A stretch of 49,801 nucleotides of DNA. Origin: an uncultured archaeon (GTDB taxonomy: Archaea > Asgardarchaeota > Lokiarchaeia > Sigyniarchaeales > SOKP01). Under the pieces are notes generated by a model. The model worked only from the letters and a program-made list of their open reading frames with translations. It did no database searches and was not told the origin of the DNA. A program made the position numbers and the translations under genes. The stretch spans positions 1 through 49,801 of the forward strand of contig CAYLZE010000028.1 in NCBI GenBank assembly GCA_964388035.1, in the 5' to 3' direction. Below, piece after piece: positions 8,503-19,458 of this stretch (its first letter is position 1; every line of letters starts with the position of its first letter).

Positions 8503-10602
8503 ATGACTGAATTAATCATCATTGATATAACAGACCATGAAAATATCATCCTTGATGCTAGGCAACAGATTAGCTCGATTAAATGCAATGGAGTACTTCT
8601 CGTGAAGAATAACTCTAAAAAAAGCAGGCTCTGGAATCTAACCTGTGATTTGAAAGAAGCAATGAATACTAATCTCTCTAAAGTACTAAATGTGGGATCA
8701 GTAAATCCGGAGCAACAATTTAAACAAGATTATCAAATCCAAAATGTTAAAGAACCCTCATTAAAAGTAGAGGAAATTTTCGATGTAGAACGAGAAGTGG
8801 CGAATGTTGTAAACAATGCATTTCTTTATGAAAATACCAATAAATGTGGATTAAAGATAATTCTTAGTAATCCTTTAGACAAACCATTTGCTGATATCAA
8901 GGTAACTAGAGAAATTCCCAAGTTATTTCAAGATATTGAAATTAAAGCGCCGAACTATGGGAGTGCTGAATTAAATGAACAAGAGGGTAAAAGAGTACTA
9001 ATCTGGAAAGTTCCTAATTTAGGTCCCAGAGAAAAAGCAACGCTGGATGTTACCCTTAAAGTAGTTCCAAAAGAAAGAGCAGATATATCTCTCGGTCCTT
9101 TAAAAGTGGATTATCTCATAAATAATCATATCTTAACCAGGTTCAATCCAGTAATACGTGGATTGACGGATTCAATGAGCGGCGTAGAACGAGAAGAGGG
9201 TGCCCGCCCTGGGACCTGGGATTGTAACGTGGAATTTATCAATGATTCGGAATTTAAAGTAAGACTAGAAAAAGTAATCGTATCTCATACCATTACAACG
9301 GGTGCTGAAGTTATTGTTTCAGAAACTCCAGATAGCGAATTAGGATCTAACCAATCTTGGAATCATAATTTTAACATTGAAAGTACAAATGTTCCCGAAT
9401 TAGAATCCGAAATTACGTTTACTCCCATGTTCAAAGTCATTACGAGAGTTATTGGAGTAATTAACAAAGATCCTACCTATTATCCCGTCTTGAGCGCTGA
9501 AGTTGCAAAAACTATTGATCCTCCCGAAGTTCCTGCCTATGCGAATACTGATATAAAGATAACTAATACCGTTCCTAATTTAGGAACCTCTGCAATTGAT
9601 ACCCTTGAATTAGTGGATATCATTCCTGAAGATTTCATCCCTCCCACCATCGCTGATATAAAATTGGTAATAAAAAATAATGTTGAAATAAAAGAATGTC
9701 AAGAAAGATCTCAATATTTTGAGAAAATGGCTATTGAACCTGATGATGTGAGTCCTGATGCTAAGCATACCATCACGATAAAGCTGAAAAGTTTAGCAAA
9801 AGAATTACCTCCCAATTCGCAACTATTGATGGTATATCCCATAAAATCTAAAAATCCCAAACCGGAAGTAAGATATAACACACCCGTGGTAATTAAAGCA
9901 AATGCACCAGTAAAGGGAAAAGAATTCGTAATATCTCCTCCCGAAGAACCCGTAATCGGCATAAAATACATTAAGCGAAAGTTGAAAACTCTGAAAAGCA
10001 TCAAACCGGGATTAAATGAAGGAGAATTTGATATTTCGATACGAATTCAAAATAATGGTGAAATCGAATTGGAAAATCTTGAAATACGAGAGATGATTCC
10101 CGGAGGATTCTCTTTATCAGAAACAAATTTTGATCTGCCTTATAAGATTGTTGAAGCGGGAAATGAAAAAGAATTGGTCTTGACCATGGAATTATTGCAA
10201 GGCAATGAATCCGTAAACATAAAATATACCTGTTCTGGACATGGAGATTATCCACGTGCTGAACCAACCGTCATCGTGAAAGGAAGAGAAAGTGCTGTTT
10301 CAGAAGAATCCAAATCGGAGACAAAACCTTCAGAAATCGCCAAACCCTCTATTCCAACCTTTAAAAAAGCCGTTTTGAATGATGTTTTCAGAGAAATTGT
10401 GAAGGCAATTGAAGATGGCATTGAAGGTACTAAATTAGCAGAATTGATAGAATCTAAAAGAGATAAATTTCCCCCCGGGCCAGTACTTCACCAATTAATG
10501 CAATATACTAAGGACCTGAAGGAACATTCCAAATTTATCGTGGGTAATTATAAAGATGAAGTCTTGAAAAAAATAGAGGAATTTCGCGAAAAATACGATT
10601 AA
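8503..10602 (+). CDS. Large cytoplasmic multi-beta-sandwich protein (DUF11/Ig-like repeats, possible mu-homology-like N-terminus, helical C-terminus)
   Basis: 699 aa, no signal peptide or TM segment. Three copies of an I.x.N.G...l.v.d.IP..F-type repeat. Confidence 0.55.
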   Translation: MTELIIIDITDHENIILDARQQISSIKCNGVLLVKNNSKKSRLWNLTCDLKEAMNTNLSKVLNVGSVNPEQQFKQDYQIQNVKEPSLKVEEIFDVEREVANVVNNAFLYENTNKCGLKIILSNPLDKPFADIKVTREIPKLFQDIEIKAPNYGSAELNEQEGKRVLIWKVPNLGPREKATLDVTLKVVPKERADISLGPLKVDYLINNHILTRFNPVIRGLTDSMSGVEREEGARPGTWDCNVEFINDSEFKVRLEKVIVSHTITTGAEVIVSETPDSELGSNQSWNHNFNIESTNVPELESEITFTPMFKVITRVIGVINKDPTYYPVLSAEVAKTIDPPEVPAYANTDIKITNTVPNLGTSAIDTLELVDIIPEDFIPPTIADIKLVIKNNVEIKECQERSQYFEKMAIEPDDVSPDAKHTITIKLKSLAKELPPNSQLLMVYPIKSKNPKPEVRYNTPVVIKANAPVKGKEFVISPPEEPVIGIKYIKRKLKTLKSIKPGLNEGEFDISIRIQNNGEIELENLEIREMIPGGFSLSETNFDLPYKIVEAGNEKELVLTMELLQGNESVNIKYTCSGHGDYPRAEPTVIVKGRESAVSEESKSETKPSEIAKPSIPTFKKAVLNDVFREIVKAIEDGIEGTKLAELIESKRDKFPPGPVLHQLMQYTKDLKEHSKFIVGNYKDEVLKKIEEFREKYD

Positions 10603-10831
10603 ATTTATTATTTAACTTATAATCTTTCTTTTTTATTTTTATCTTTTTATTTTATAAAAGAATCTAAACTAATTGAGTTCTTTTAGGATCTAAAGCAAGG
10701 AATTAATGTTGGGTAGGAATACGCATCATCGAATTGTGAAATTATCAAACCAAATAAATTTATCCGATAAGTAAATAGCTTAGAAAATATGAATTTTAAA
10801 TCCTAAAATAAAAGTATCTTTTAAATTTCTC

Positions 10832-11911
10832 TTATTGATAGAACCCGTATTGTTTTGACGCAGCAAGAAATGTTTTCACGTTTTCAAGAGGGATCTCTTT
10901 AAAAATGACAGTACTGGGACCAATTATAAAATGCTTGTTTTCTTTTAAAGCGGCCATCAGACTTTTAACATGCTTCTTGATTTCTTCTTCACTTCCATAT
11001 GGTAAAGTCTGTAACACATCTCCAAAGCCAATCACGACAAAATTAGGAAAATGCTCATTGATATAATAGGGATCACAGCCCCCCTCCCATCCTTGAAGTC
11101 CAAGAAATCCTGCTTCTTGTAAGGATGGAATTAATTCCGTGACATCTCCATCCGAATGAACCTGTGAAATCAATCCCGCATCCCGAATCATAGAATTAAT
11201 TTTTTGATAAGGCTTGAGATAGTCTCTCCTCCATTGTAAAGGGGATATCATTAAACTGTTTTTATATGCAACATCATCGAGTATATTTACCACTAAATCG
11301 GTAGAATCTAAAGCATTTATTAGACCCTCAATATTGATTTCACAAATTCTTGCATAGAATTGCACTATTTTTTGATAAAAGTTCGAATTTTTAGCGATAT
11401 TTTTGCTAAACAAGGACATTCCCATTGCACGCCATGTTTTATCAAAAATTCCGTCTACCATCAAGACCGGAAATATTTTAGAGGATAACTTCTCATAGTA
11501 CTTTAAAACTTTTTTGATATTCTCTTCGTTATCGATAATCTTAACATTATTTTCCACCTCTTCCAAGATATCGAGATCTTGTATGTATCCTCCCTCATAA
11601 TAAAATCCCTTCTTATGTATTGGTTCTCCATCGATTCCGATTCTAATTTCCTTGCCCTCTTTATTTTTAACACGTACACTCTCAAATTTTATGCTTGAAG
11701 GAAAAAGGGCAAAAATGGAATCGAACCCCAAGCTCATGGGAATATCAAAATATAAATTATTGAATAATTCCCCTCTAAAATCGTTTAAAATACTATTTTT
11801 ATGCAAATCAATAAACTCTTCTCGAATGTACTGCACAAAGCTAGGGACACGTTCTAATTTTTTTCTGCCCGTTTCTTGAAAAACCGCAATATAGCGCTCT
11901 TTAGCATTCAT
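10832..11911 (-). CDS. Uroporphyrinogen decarboxylase/methylcobamide methyltransferase (URO-D/CIMS-like) family protein
   Basis: MNAKER..AV, RVP, DDVAYK..LMISP, HSDG, FIIGPS, IPLENV. Confidence 0.8.
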   Translation of the reverse strand: MNAKERYIAVFQETGRKKLERVPSFVQYIREEFIDLHKNSILNDFRGELFNNLYFDIPMSLGFDSIFALFPSSIKFESVRVKNKEGKEIRIGIDGEPIHKKGFYYEGGYIQDLDILEEVENNVKIIDNEENIKKVLKYYEKLSSKIFPVLMVDGIFDKTWRAMGMSLFSKNIAKNSNFYQKIVQFYARICEINIEGLINALDSTDLVVNILDDVAYKNSLMISPLQWRRDYLKPYQKINSMIRDAGLISQVHSDGDVTELIPSLQEAGFLGLQGWEGGCDPYYINEHFPNFVVIGFGDVLQTLPYGSEEEIKKHVKSLMAALKENKHFIIGPSTVIFKEIPLENVKTFLAASKQYGFYQ

Positions 11912-12116
11912 TTTCTCTCTTAATTTTATAATATATTTTCATTTATATTTTTAACTTGGACCTCCTTTCACTTTTTTTCATGATTTATTAGGGTTCTTTG
12001 CATAATAATTTATAACGCAAAATCTAAAATATGAAATGGAATTACATTCTAACCAAATAATGTTAAATTCTCTTTAAACTAACGTAAAAAATTATAAAAA
12101 TTAGGGTCAAATTAAA

Positions 12117-12626
12117 ATGGGAAAAAAGATCGCGTTTATAGCAACAAATGGATACGAAGATTTAGAACTTCATTATCCTCGAATTAGATTGAAAGAAGCA
12201 GGACATGAAACCGAATTGATTGGGTTATCCATGGATGAAATAAAAGGAAAATGGGGATATCCTATCAAGCCACAATTAACAATCGAAAAAGCTAATCCTG
12301 ATGATTATGATGGTATTTTTATTCCGGGAGGAGCAACGAATCCGGATTATTTACGCAGGTATCAAAAAGTATTGGATTTTGTTGCCAAAATTAACGAGCA
12401 AGGGAAGTTAGTTGCTGCCATTTGTCATGCGGGATGGGTACTTATATCTGCAAGAATTGTAAAAAACAGGAAAGCAACTTCATATTTTGCTATAAAGGAT
12501 GATATGATAAATGCAGGGGTACAGTATATAGATTCTTCAGTAGTAATTGATAAGAATCTTATTACCAGCAGATCTCCCGATGATTTGCCGGATTTCATGA
12601 AAGCAATTCTTGAATATTTGTCTTAA
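12117..12626 (+). CDS. pfpI: PfpI/DJ-1 family protease/deglycase
   Basis: YEDLE, IPGG, AAICHAG, ITSRSPDDL. Confidence 0.92.
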   Translation: MGKKIAFIATNGYEDLELHYPRIRLKEAGHETELIGLSMDEIKGKWGYPIKPQLTIEKANPDDYDGIFIPGGATNPDYLRRYQKVLDFVAKINEQGKLVAAICHAGWVLISARIVKNRKATSYFAIKDDMINAGVQYIDSSVVIDKNLITSRSPDDLPDFMKAILEYLS

Positions 12627-12723
12627 TAATAAAAAAGTTGCGCTCTATTTACAGAAATCGGATTCATGTGTTTTTTTGTTAACCAAAAAAAAGTTTTAAA
12701 GTAATGCGAAAGAAATGATCTTA

Positions 12724-13938
12724 TTATTTTTGATTTTTAAGTTTTTTTAATTCCTTCTTGACAAGATTTTGCAGATTAGTAACAACCTCTAATTGTTTTT
12801 GAGCAATTTCTTTTTCCTGCTGATTCAACTGTTCGTTATCCTGTCCTTTTTCCTCTAATTCTTTTCGAAGTAGATTAAAACCAATTATTTGATTTATGGA
12901 ATATTGGAACTTCTTAATTTCAATATTGAACATTTTTTTATATTGCCTTAAATATTCAATCTTGGTTTCGATCTCATCAAGACAAACAAAACATGATGTT
13001 ACTTCTTCTGTTTTCTTAAGTATCTTGAGTTGGAGCTTAATATCTTCAAGGTCTGAGATAATTTTCTCTAAAATCTTAGGATCCGTAGATTTTGTTATCT
13101 CAATATGTTCCAGACTGATTTCATCCAAAATATCTGGAGCATATTTGATGTTTATTTTGTCTTCAGATTCCTTTTTCTTTCTTTCAAGTGTATTTTCAAC
13201 CTTCTGAGGATCATCAATAATTTCGATATCCTTGAAATCCATGATAAGTTCTAATTCATCCAATTCTAATTGGGTCACTAGGGGAGTAAACCTCACTTGC
13301 AATTGTTTTTTTCCAAAAAATTCATTTTCAATCTTCATGATCTGGGTGTATATTTGAATATATTCTTTTCCAATGGGAGCATATAACACGCCTTCATTGT
13401 CTAATTGTTTCAAAAGAGGAGTAATCCGCTCCTGTTCGATAGCACCAGTAACCAGTATTTTTTGCCATGGACTCAATTCTGCCATGCCTTCTAATGGATT
13501 TTTTACAATGACATTAATGTTGCCATCTAATTTCGTTTTTTTCAAATTTTCTTCGGTAATCCTTGCTATCTCTGTATTTGCCTCTAAAATATAAATCTCT
13601 CCATTATATGCTAATTTATGAGCAAGAGCGGCAATATACCCACTTTTTGCTCCTAAAATTAATAAGTCATCGTCCGGTTCTAATGATAATCCTTGTAGCA
13701 TTATAGATATCATGTGTGGAGCAGAAATTGTCCTGTAATTATCTTCACCTTTAAAATAGAATAAATTGGGAACGTCTTCGTATAGATTCACGGGGTTGAG
13801 ATATTTTTTTTCGATGAAATCTTGTAGATTAACTTCCAAGAATGCATCAATTAGCCGTTTATCCTTTAAAATATTATTTTTTACTAACGCATCTACCAAT
13901 CTTTTCTTTTTATTAAAATAATAATCTTTTATGCTCAC
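12724..13938 (-). CDS. pcm: Protein-L-isoaspartate O-methyltransferase-like domain with a long C-terminal helical/coiled-coil extension
   Basis: TISAPHM, LILGAKSGYIAAL, PWQKILVTGA, LLKQL..GVLYAPIG, VRFTPL. Confidence 0.75.
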   Translation of the reverse strand: MSIKDYYFNKKKRLVDALVKNNILKDKRLIDAFLEVNLQDFIEKKYLNPVNLYEDVPNLFYFKGEDNYRTISAPHMISIMLQGLSLEPDDDLLILGAKSGYIAALAHKLAYNGEIYILEANTEIARITEENLKKTKLDGNINVIVKNPLEGMAELSPWQKILVTGAIEQERITPLLKQLDNEGVLYAPIGKEYIQIYTQIMKIENEFFGKKQLQVRFTPLVTQLELDELELIMDFKDIEIIDDPQKVENTLERKKKESEDKINIKYAPDILDEISLEHIEITKSTDPKILEKIISDLEDIKLQLKILKKTEEVTSCFVCLDEIETKIEYLRQYKKMFNIEIKKFQYSINQIIGFNLLRKELEEKGQDNEQLNQQEKEIAQKQLEVVTNLQNLVKKELKKLKNQK

Positions 13939-14084
13939 GGAATAATTCCTTTGTCTTTAAATTTTTTACAAAGATTTAATTTAATCAATTATAAAAAATC
14001 TATAATAATAAATTTATTCTATTTAGGAAATAAGTAAATTAAGATATATCATTTGCTATTATAATAATAATATTATAGTCATCC

Positions 14085-14663
14085 GTGAAAATTATGTTTG
14101 TTTTAGATGAAAAATCTCTTAAAAATAGCAGAATAACGCAACTACTCATCATTTCCAACGTTATTTGTTTTATTTTTTTTTCTGTCGTCGACGTGCAATA
14201 CATCCTCTTGTTCGTTCAAATTAATTACAGAATAACTCAAGATTTTGAATTTTGGAGGCTTTTTACTGCCATGTTTCTGCATGCTGATGTGATCCATCTT
14301 TTTTCCAACATGTTAGCCTTATTTTTTTTTGGAGTTGTGATTGAGAATAATTTTACTCGAGGAGAATATTTCTTAATTTATTTCTTCTCGGGATTTCTGG
14401 GAAATGTATTTTCACTAATTTTCCTTCCTCCTTATGCAATTAGTTTGGGGGCATCAGGCGCCATTTTTGGATTAATAGGGGCTGCCGTCATCCTCATGAT
14501 TTATCAAGATCGTTCTTTAATCTTTTTAGCTCTTATCTACGTTGCTTACTTTCTTATTTCATCCTTATCTCCCGGAATAAACATATGGGCACACGTATTT
14601 GGGTTATTAGGTGGAATTTCTCTCGGGTATGTATATTATAAAAGAAAAGTAATACCATATTAG
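14085..14663 (+). CDS. Rhomboid family intramembrane serine protease
   Basis: [10 protein letters not shown]...HLFSNM, GASGA, AHVFG. Confidence 0.93.
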   Translation: MKIMFVLDEKSLKNSRITQLLIISNVICFIFFSVVDVQYILLFVQINYRITQDFEFWRLFTAMFLHADVIHLFSNMLALFFFGVVIENNFTRGEYFLIYFFSGFLGNVFSLIFLPPYAISLGASGAIFGLIGAAVILMIYQDRSLIFLALIYVAYFLISSLSPGINIWAHVFGLLGGISLGYVYYKRKVIPY

Positions 14664-15358
14664 GATTTTTTTTTAACTCTTTTCTTTTTTTGCTTTTTCT
14701 TTTCCATGGAAAAATCCTTAGCGCAAATGTCTTCTATCGGGCATAGTTCGTGTCGAGGGTTATTTGGTAAGCAGATTTCTTGTCCAAACCTTACGAATAA
14801 CCTGTTTATTCTTAGCCAATATTTTTTTGGGATTCTTTCTCTTAATATTTTTTCTGTCTCTTCTGGGGTCTTAGTTTTAATAGAGGAGAAAATTCTATTA
14901 ATGATTCGATGAACATGCGTATCAACGGGAATTGCGGGAATTCTATAAGCATAAACCAACACGCAATTAGCCGTCTTTCGACCAACCCCGGGCAAGGATC
15001 TTAAATCATCAAAATTTTCGGGCACGATACCTTTATATTTTTCTGATATTATTTTTGATACTTCCTTAATACGTGCAGCTTTAACCGTATAAAAACCGGC
15101 GAGATAGACTAATTCTTCTAGTTTTTTTACATCAGCTTTAGCAATTTCCTGGGGAGTTTTATATTCAGAAAATAAAGCCCTTGTAGCTTCCCTCGTATTG
15201 GCATCCTTGGTTCGGGCGGAAAGTATGGTAGAAATTAGAATCTTGAAGGGATCTTGTTCTCTTCTCGCTAATCGATCTAGATGAGCTTCTCCTTTAAGAG
15301 TGCTTTCAATTTTATCTAAGATCTCCCCAAAGTCTTCTATAATATCTTCTGAGCTCAT
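14660..15358 (-). CDS. nth: Endonuclease III (HhH-GPD DNA glycosylase)
   Basis: [29 protein letters not shown], Fe-S motif C-x6-H-x2-C-x5-C. Confidence 0.93.
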   Translation of the reverse strand: MSSEDIIEDFGEILDKIESTLKGEAHLDRLARREQDPFKILISTILSARTKDANTREATRALFSEYKTPQEIAKADVKKLEELVYLAGFYTVKAARIKEVSKIISEKYKGIVPENFDDLRSLPGVGRKTANCVLVYAYRIPAIPVDTHVHRIINRIFSSIKTKTPEETEKILRERIPKKYWLRINRLFVRFGQEICLPNNPRHELCPIEDICAKDFSMEKKKQKKKRVKKKS

Positions 15359-16764
15359 TTTTCAAATACATATATTTTTCTGTTTACAATTTGATCTTTT
15401 TTAGCATCAATCATGGAATAAGTATCTTTAAGCGGGAATCTAAGACGGTCATTAGACTTATTAACGATCCTATTTGTTTCCATTAATGGAACTCTCTTCA
15501 AATTCATTCGATCAGCGATCGCATTTATATTTGGTTTGACCTCTCCTCCATCAAGAGTGTGTATGATAGGAGCAGTAATGCAGAGCTTCCCTCCCTTTTT
15601 TAATACTTTTAGAGATTCCCTAAACGTAAGTTCAAATAGAGGATTAATTTGAGTCTCAATAACTTCTTGGGCTTCCATGAAATACGGTTTTTCTTTGAAG
15701 AATGGACCCAAAAAAGGCTCCGTACAAATACCATCAAAAAAATTGGATGGAAATTGGATGGAAATTTGAGAAATATCCGAATTAATTATCTTTTTCTCCA
15801 AATTAGGGAGGGGAGGTTGATCTAATTCCTTGATAAGCCATGCTAGATTCTCACGGGTGTTTTTTACGCGATCTGCGCGAGCATCAGCTCCATATATTTC
15901 AAAATCGTGTAAAAAAGCAAATAGGAGAATGGTACCATTTCCTACAAAAGGGTCAAGTATTTTCTTATGTTGTCTATCAGAAAATAAATTCAAGAAATTC
16001 AATAATATGAGGGACAATTTAGGAGAAATTGAACTTTTAAAATCTTTATGCGGCCTTTCTTCATCGATTTTTTTCTTGAAATTCGGATCATCCGCAGTAA
16101 ACGTTCTTCCGAGATAAACTCCCTCTTCTGTAAACCCAAATATTAGTTCTGCTCGATTTTCAGTTAATAATTCATAAGTGATAACATGGTGAGGAAATAT
16201 GGGATTAAGGTTGCCACTTTTTATATTTTTCTCGGGATATTTGAAATAAAGCGCTTTTTTGGCTCCTTTTTCAAATAACAAGGACATTATTTTTTTATTA
16301 AGAAAAGGCAAGAAATGTTTCGTTAATACTTGAGAATAATATTCATCATCATAAAAATTGGGATAAATAGAAACGGCATAAAATAAATCTTGTCCTTGAA
16401 TATTAGGAAAAATATCATCCAAAGAAGAATTTAAAACGCTAAGAATTCGTTTCCTGGCTTTTTTCACGCGATTAAAATCTCCAACTTTTCGTGGAAATGC
16501 TTGCTGGATTGTTTGAATGTCAATAAAATTATACACCTTTGCGATCTTTTGAACTCCTCCCAATATGTATTGAAAATCTGCTAGCGAATTGACATAATAT
16601 TTTTCTTGATGGAGGGATTCAAATTCTACAATCGCTACATTTGCAGAATAATCAGCAATTCTTCCCTTGAAACGAGAATTTTTTAAACAATAATCCAATT
16701 CACCTAATGATAATTTAAAATTCGAACCCAAAACAAAAATGAAATAATTCATGGAAGATAACAA
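15355..16764 (-). CDS. Trm11/TrmG10-like SAM-dependent RNA methyltransferase
   Basis: [40 protein letters not shown] overlap with nth. Confidence 0.65.
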   Translation of the reverse strand: MLSSMNYFIFVLGSNFKLSLGELDYCLKNSRFKGRIADYSANVAIVEFESLHQEKYYVNSLADFQYILGGVQKIAKVYNFIDIQTIQQAFPRKVGDFNRVKKARKRILSVLNSSLDDIFPNIQGQDLFYAVSIYPNFYDDEYYSQVLTKHFLPFLNKKIMSLLFEKGAKKALYFKYPEKNIKSGNLNPIFPHHVITYELLTENRAELIFGFTEEGVYLGRTFTADDPNFKKKIDEERPHKDFKSSISPKLSLILLNFLNLFSDRQHKKILDPFVGNGTILLFAFLHDFEIYGADARADRVKNTRENLAWLIKELDQPPLPNLEKKIINSDISQISIQFPSNFFDGICTEPFLGPFFKEKPYFMEAQEVIETQINPLFELTFRESLKVLKKGGKLCITAPIIHTLDGGEVKPNINAIADRMNLKRVPLMETNRIVNKSNDRLRFPLKDTYSMIDAKKDQIVNRKIYVFEK

Positions 16765-16848
16765 GGTAAAGAAAGCCCGAAAGAATTTTAACTTTATCTT
16801 TAAATATTTTTAAATCAAATAGAGCATTGCATCTCTAAGTTAGTGGCA

Positions 16849-18138
16849 TCACTTTTTATATTTTTCCTCAATCCATTCCTTAAATGCATTGGTAATCCGT
16901 CCTTGCCATATGGCTTTCTTTCCCGTTTCTTCTTCAAATAGGTGAATATCTTCTTCATAGTACTTATCTACGAGATCCACCTTATTATCTTCTTGAATGG
17001 AAAGGATCGAAATTTTTTTTTTCTTTGCTTTTTTTTCCAACTCTTTAAATTCTTCCGATAATTCATAGTTTTCTCCCGTAATGGCTCCTAAGGAGGAAAG
17101 GATATCTTCTAAATCCTCCTTTTTCCGCCCTGGAATTCTTCGAAGGATTTTTTCATCAATTTTAATCTCTTGATCATCTACTCCCTCATTTTCTAAAATT
17201 ATTTTTGTCTTTACTTTTTCTACTTCAATTCGTCTTAATTGATCCATGATGATTTTATAATTATCCTTAAAATATCTCAAGGCAACAGAAATAACATCTG
17301 AGACGGAAGCCCAATTATCCTTGGTAAGCAAATCATTTAACCAGGTATACATTTCCAGAGAAAGATTTAAATTAATTACTTTTTCTTCAGTAATGATATC
17401 AAGCGTTAACCATCTTAAGATGTTTGCAATCAAATTATTGTTGTTAAAAGCAGTAAAACCATACTCCCTTCCAAGAGAAGAGAAAATAGAAACCGTTCCA
17501 AATCCAACTACTCTCCCCTCATGATATTCACTTGCTACTAACAAGGGTATTTTTGGACAATCTTCTTCCACCCATTCTTTTTCTCGTAATACTTTTCTCC
17601 AACAATTCAATCCCCCACGAATTAATTCTTCTAGTTTAATTTCCTCCCGGAGTGTTACTTCCTCCAAAATCTCAAGGGAACAAGCATTCGAAAAGACGGT
17701 CTTATTCACCTGTTCTGTTATGGCATGAGGTGTAATGTCATCCAACACCATCCTTTTTTGAAGAACAACAAAATTCATGGAATCCTGCACTTCATCCGAG
17801 TTGAATCGGAATCCGAACTTTTTAGTCAAATCATTAAGGTTAGTATTGTTAGAAAAATCTCCTCCACTAGAACTAAAGATCAATAAACTTCCCCCAAATT
17901 TCACAAATTCTTCCAAATTTTCTAATTCTCGTTCTTCTAATTTAGAATTGATCGGAGTGGGTAGAATTAACACATCATACTGATCTAATATGTCAATTGA
18001 AAAAAAGCCCGTCTCAATCTTGCTTAATTGATAATTTGAAGTCATGAGAAATTCGATAAAGTCATTATAGCTAGATGTTTCAAGGATGAGGGGGTTATTA
18101 TGAGAATAGTCCAAACCAATAGTTATGCGCTCTGACAT
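16849..18138 (-). CDS. GIFT (GldG/IFT52)/DUF4350-like domain fused to a ribbon-helix-helix domain and an acidic tail
   Basis: IGLDYSH, YDVLILPTP, EEFVKFGGSLLI, TNLNDLTKKFGFRFNSD, HAIT, GRVVGFG, followed by the RHH-like KVINLNLS...SVSDVISVALRYF. Confidence 0.65.
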   Translation of the reverse strand: MSERITIGLDYSHNNPLILETSSYNDFIEFLMTSNYQLSKIETGFFSIDILDQYDVLILPTPINSKLEERELENLEEFVKFGGSLLIFSSSGGDFSNNTNLNDLTKKFGFRFNSDEVQDSMNFVVLQKRMVLDDITPHAITEQVNKTVFSNACSLEILEEVTLREEIKLEELIRGGLNCWRKVLREKEWVEEDCPKIPLLVASEYHEGRVVGFGTVSIFSSLGREYGFTAFNNNNLIANILRWLTLDIITEEKVINLNLSLEMYTWLNDLLTKDNWASVSDVISVALRYFKDNYKIIMDQLRRIEVEKVKTKIILENEGVDDQEIKIDEKILRRIPGRKKEDLEDILSSLGAITGENYELSEEFKELEKKAKKKKISILSIQEDNKVDLVDKYYEEDIHLFEEETGKKAIWQGRITNAFKEWIEEKYKK

Positions 18139-18246
18139 TTTCGTAAAACTTCTTGTAAATTAAAAGACAATTTTCCTATTTTTTATTCATAATTTGATTT
18201 CTATTTTCCTTTTATTTATAAATTATGGATATTACTCTATATTACT

Positions 18247-19131
18247 TTAGCTTTTTAATGAATTAGATATATCACGATGGACTAAAATATCCAAAACAAC
18301 ATGATAAAGTTGAGGACCATAGCTCTTGACAAACCTGTGTTGTTTTAATTCGCAATGAAATCCATTCGCTAAGGCAATCTCTTCGAATTCTCGAAATAAG
18401 GTCAAATAAGCATCTTGCTTCTTTTTCACGACTCCCTCATAATGATAAACCGTTCCACTATCCCTTGTTAATGTTAGGGCTTCTTTTATATAGTTTTTTG
18501 GTGCGGGAAAAACTCCCATTATCACTCTATCTGCTTTTAATCCGGAATTACTAAGTTTTAAGACCTCTTCGTGACAATCTCCATGAATGGGAATAATTCT
18601 TTCTTCTAAATGATTCAATCTTACATTTTCTACCAAGTAATTATAGGCTACCGGATTAATTTCAATACTATAAATCTTGTTAATAGGAGCGTGAATGGCA
18701 ATAGGTAAAGAAAAATAACCAATCCCGGCAAACATGTCAACAATCACTTCACCCGGTTGTATCAAGGTAGTCAAAAACTTGCGTTCCGTTAGGTTTCCCT
18801 TACTGAACATTATCTCGGTTATATCAAATTTATAGATTACGCCGTGCTCCTTATGTATTACGATCGGATCTTCCTCCCCCGCTAAAAATTCCACGTTCTC
18901 GGGAATTCTAAATTTCCCTTTTATAATCCCGTGATTTATATATATGCTTCTTACCGCTGGAAAAAGATTTAAATATGCATCAGCAATTTCGCGCTTTTTT
19001 TCCATGAGAAGAGGGTCCAGCTTGATTATTATAATTTTGCCTAAGGATTGGAATCCACTTGGGAGCAAAGAAAGTTGTTCCCTCGTCATTTTATCTTTCA
19101 ATTGTTCCTTAAGCTTATCTTTTATACCCAT
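18247..19131 (-). CDS. Trm5/Taw2 (TYW2)-family tRNA-modifying SAM-dependent transferase
   Basis: HKEHGVIYKFD, MFSKGNLTER, VDMFAGIGYF, EINP, ADRVIMG, HYEG, VKSYGP. Confidence 0.85.
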   Translation of the reverse strand: MGIKDKLKEQLKDKMTREQLSLLPSGFQSLGKIIIIKLDPLLMEKKREIADAYLNLFPAVRSIYINHGIIKGKFRIPENVEFLAGEEDPIVIHKEHGVIYKFDITEIMFSKGNLTERKFLTTLIQPGEVIVDMFAGIGYFSLPIAIHAPINKIYSIEINPVAYNYLVENVRLNHLEERIIPIHGDCHEEVLKLSNSGLKADRVIMGVFPAPKNYIKEALTLTRDSGTVYHYEGVVKKKQDAYLTLFREFEEIALANGFHCELKQHRFVKSYGPQLYHVVLDILVHRDISNSLKS

Positions 19132-19458
19132 GGGAATCCAACGTCGCTAATATTTAATCATAAATATTCTCTATCCACCACATCCATTAATAATGCATAA
19201 TCATGCATTCGTTAAAATAGCATTTACTATGTTCTTTGATCTTTTTATCTCATGGAATATATTCTCTTCTTTTCTTCATGAATAATTCTTGCCGGTTTAC
19301 CGTATCATTCTCAATGAATTTATTTCTACGCAAGTGGTATAAATTTTTAACGATTTTTTTAAATACTCATTAGAGTTTTATCTTGAGATTCATTAACCAA
19401 ATTAAAGATTAGCTTAAATCATTAATTAAAAATATACTAATATTAGGAGATAAATAAA

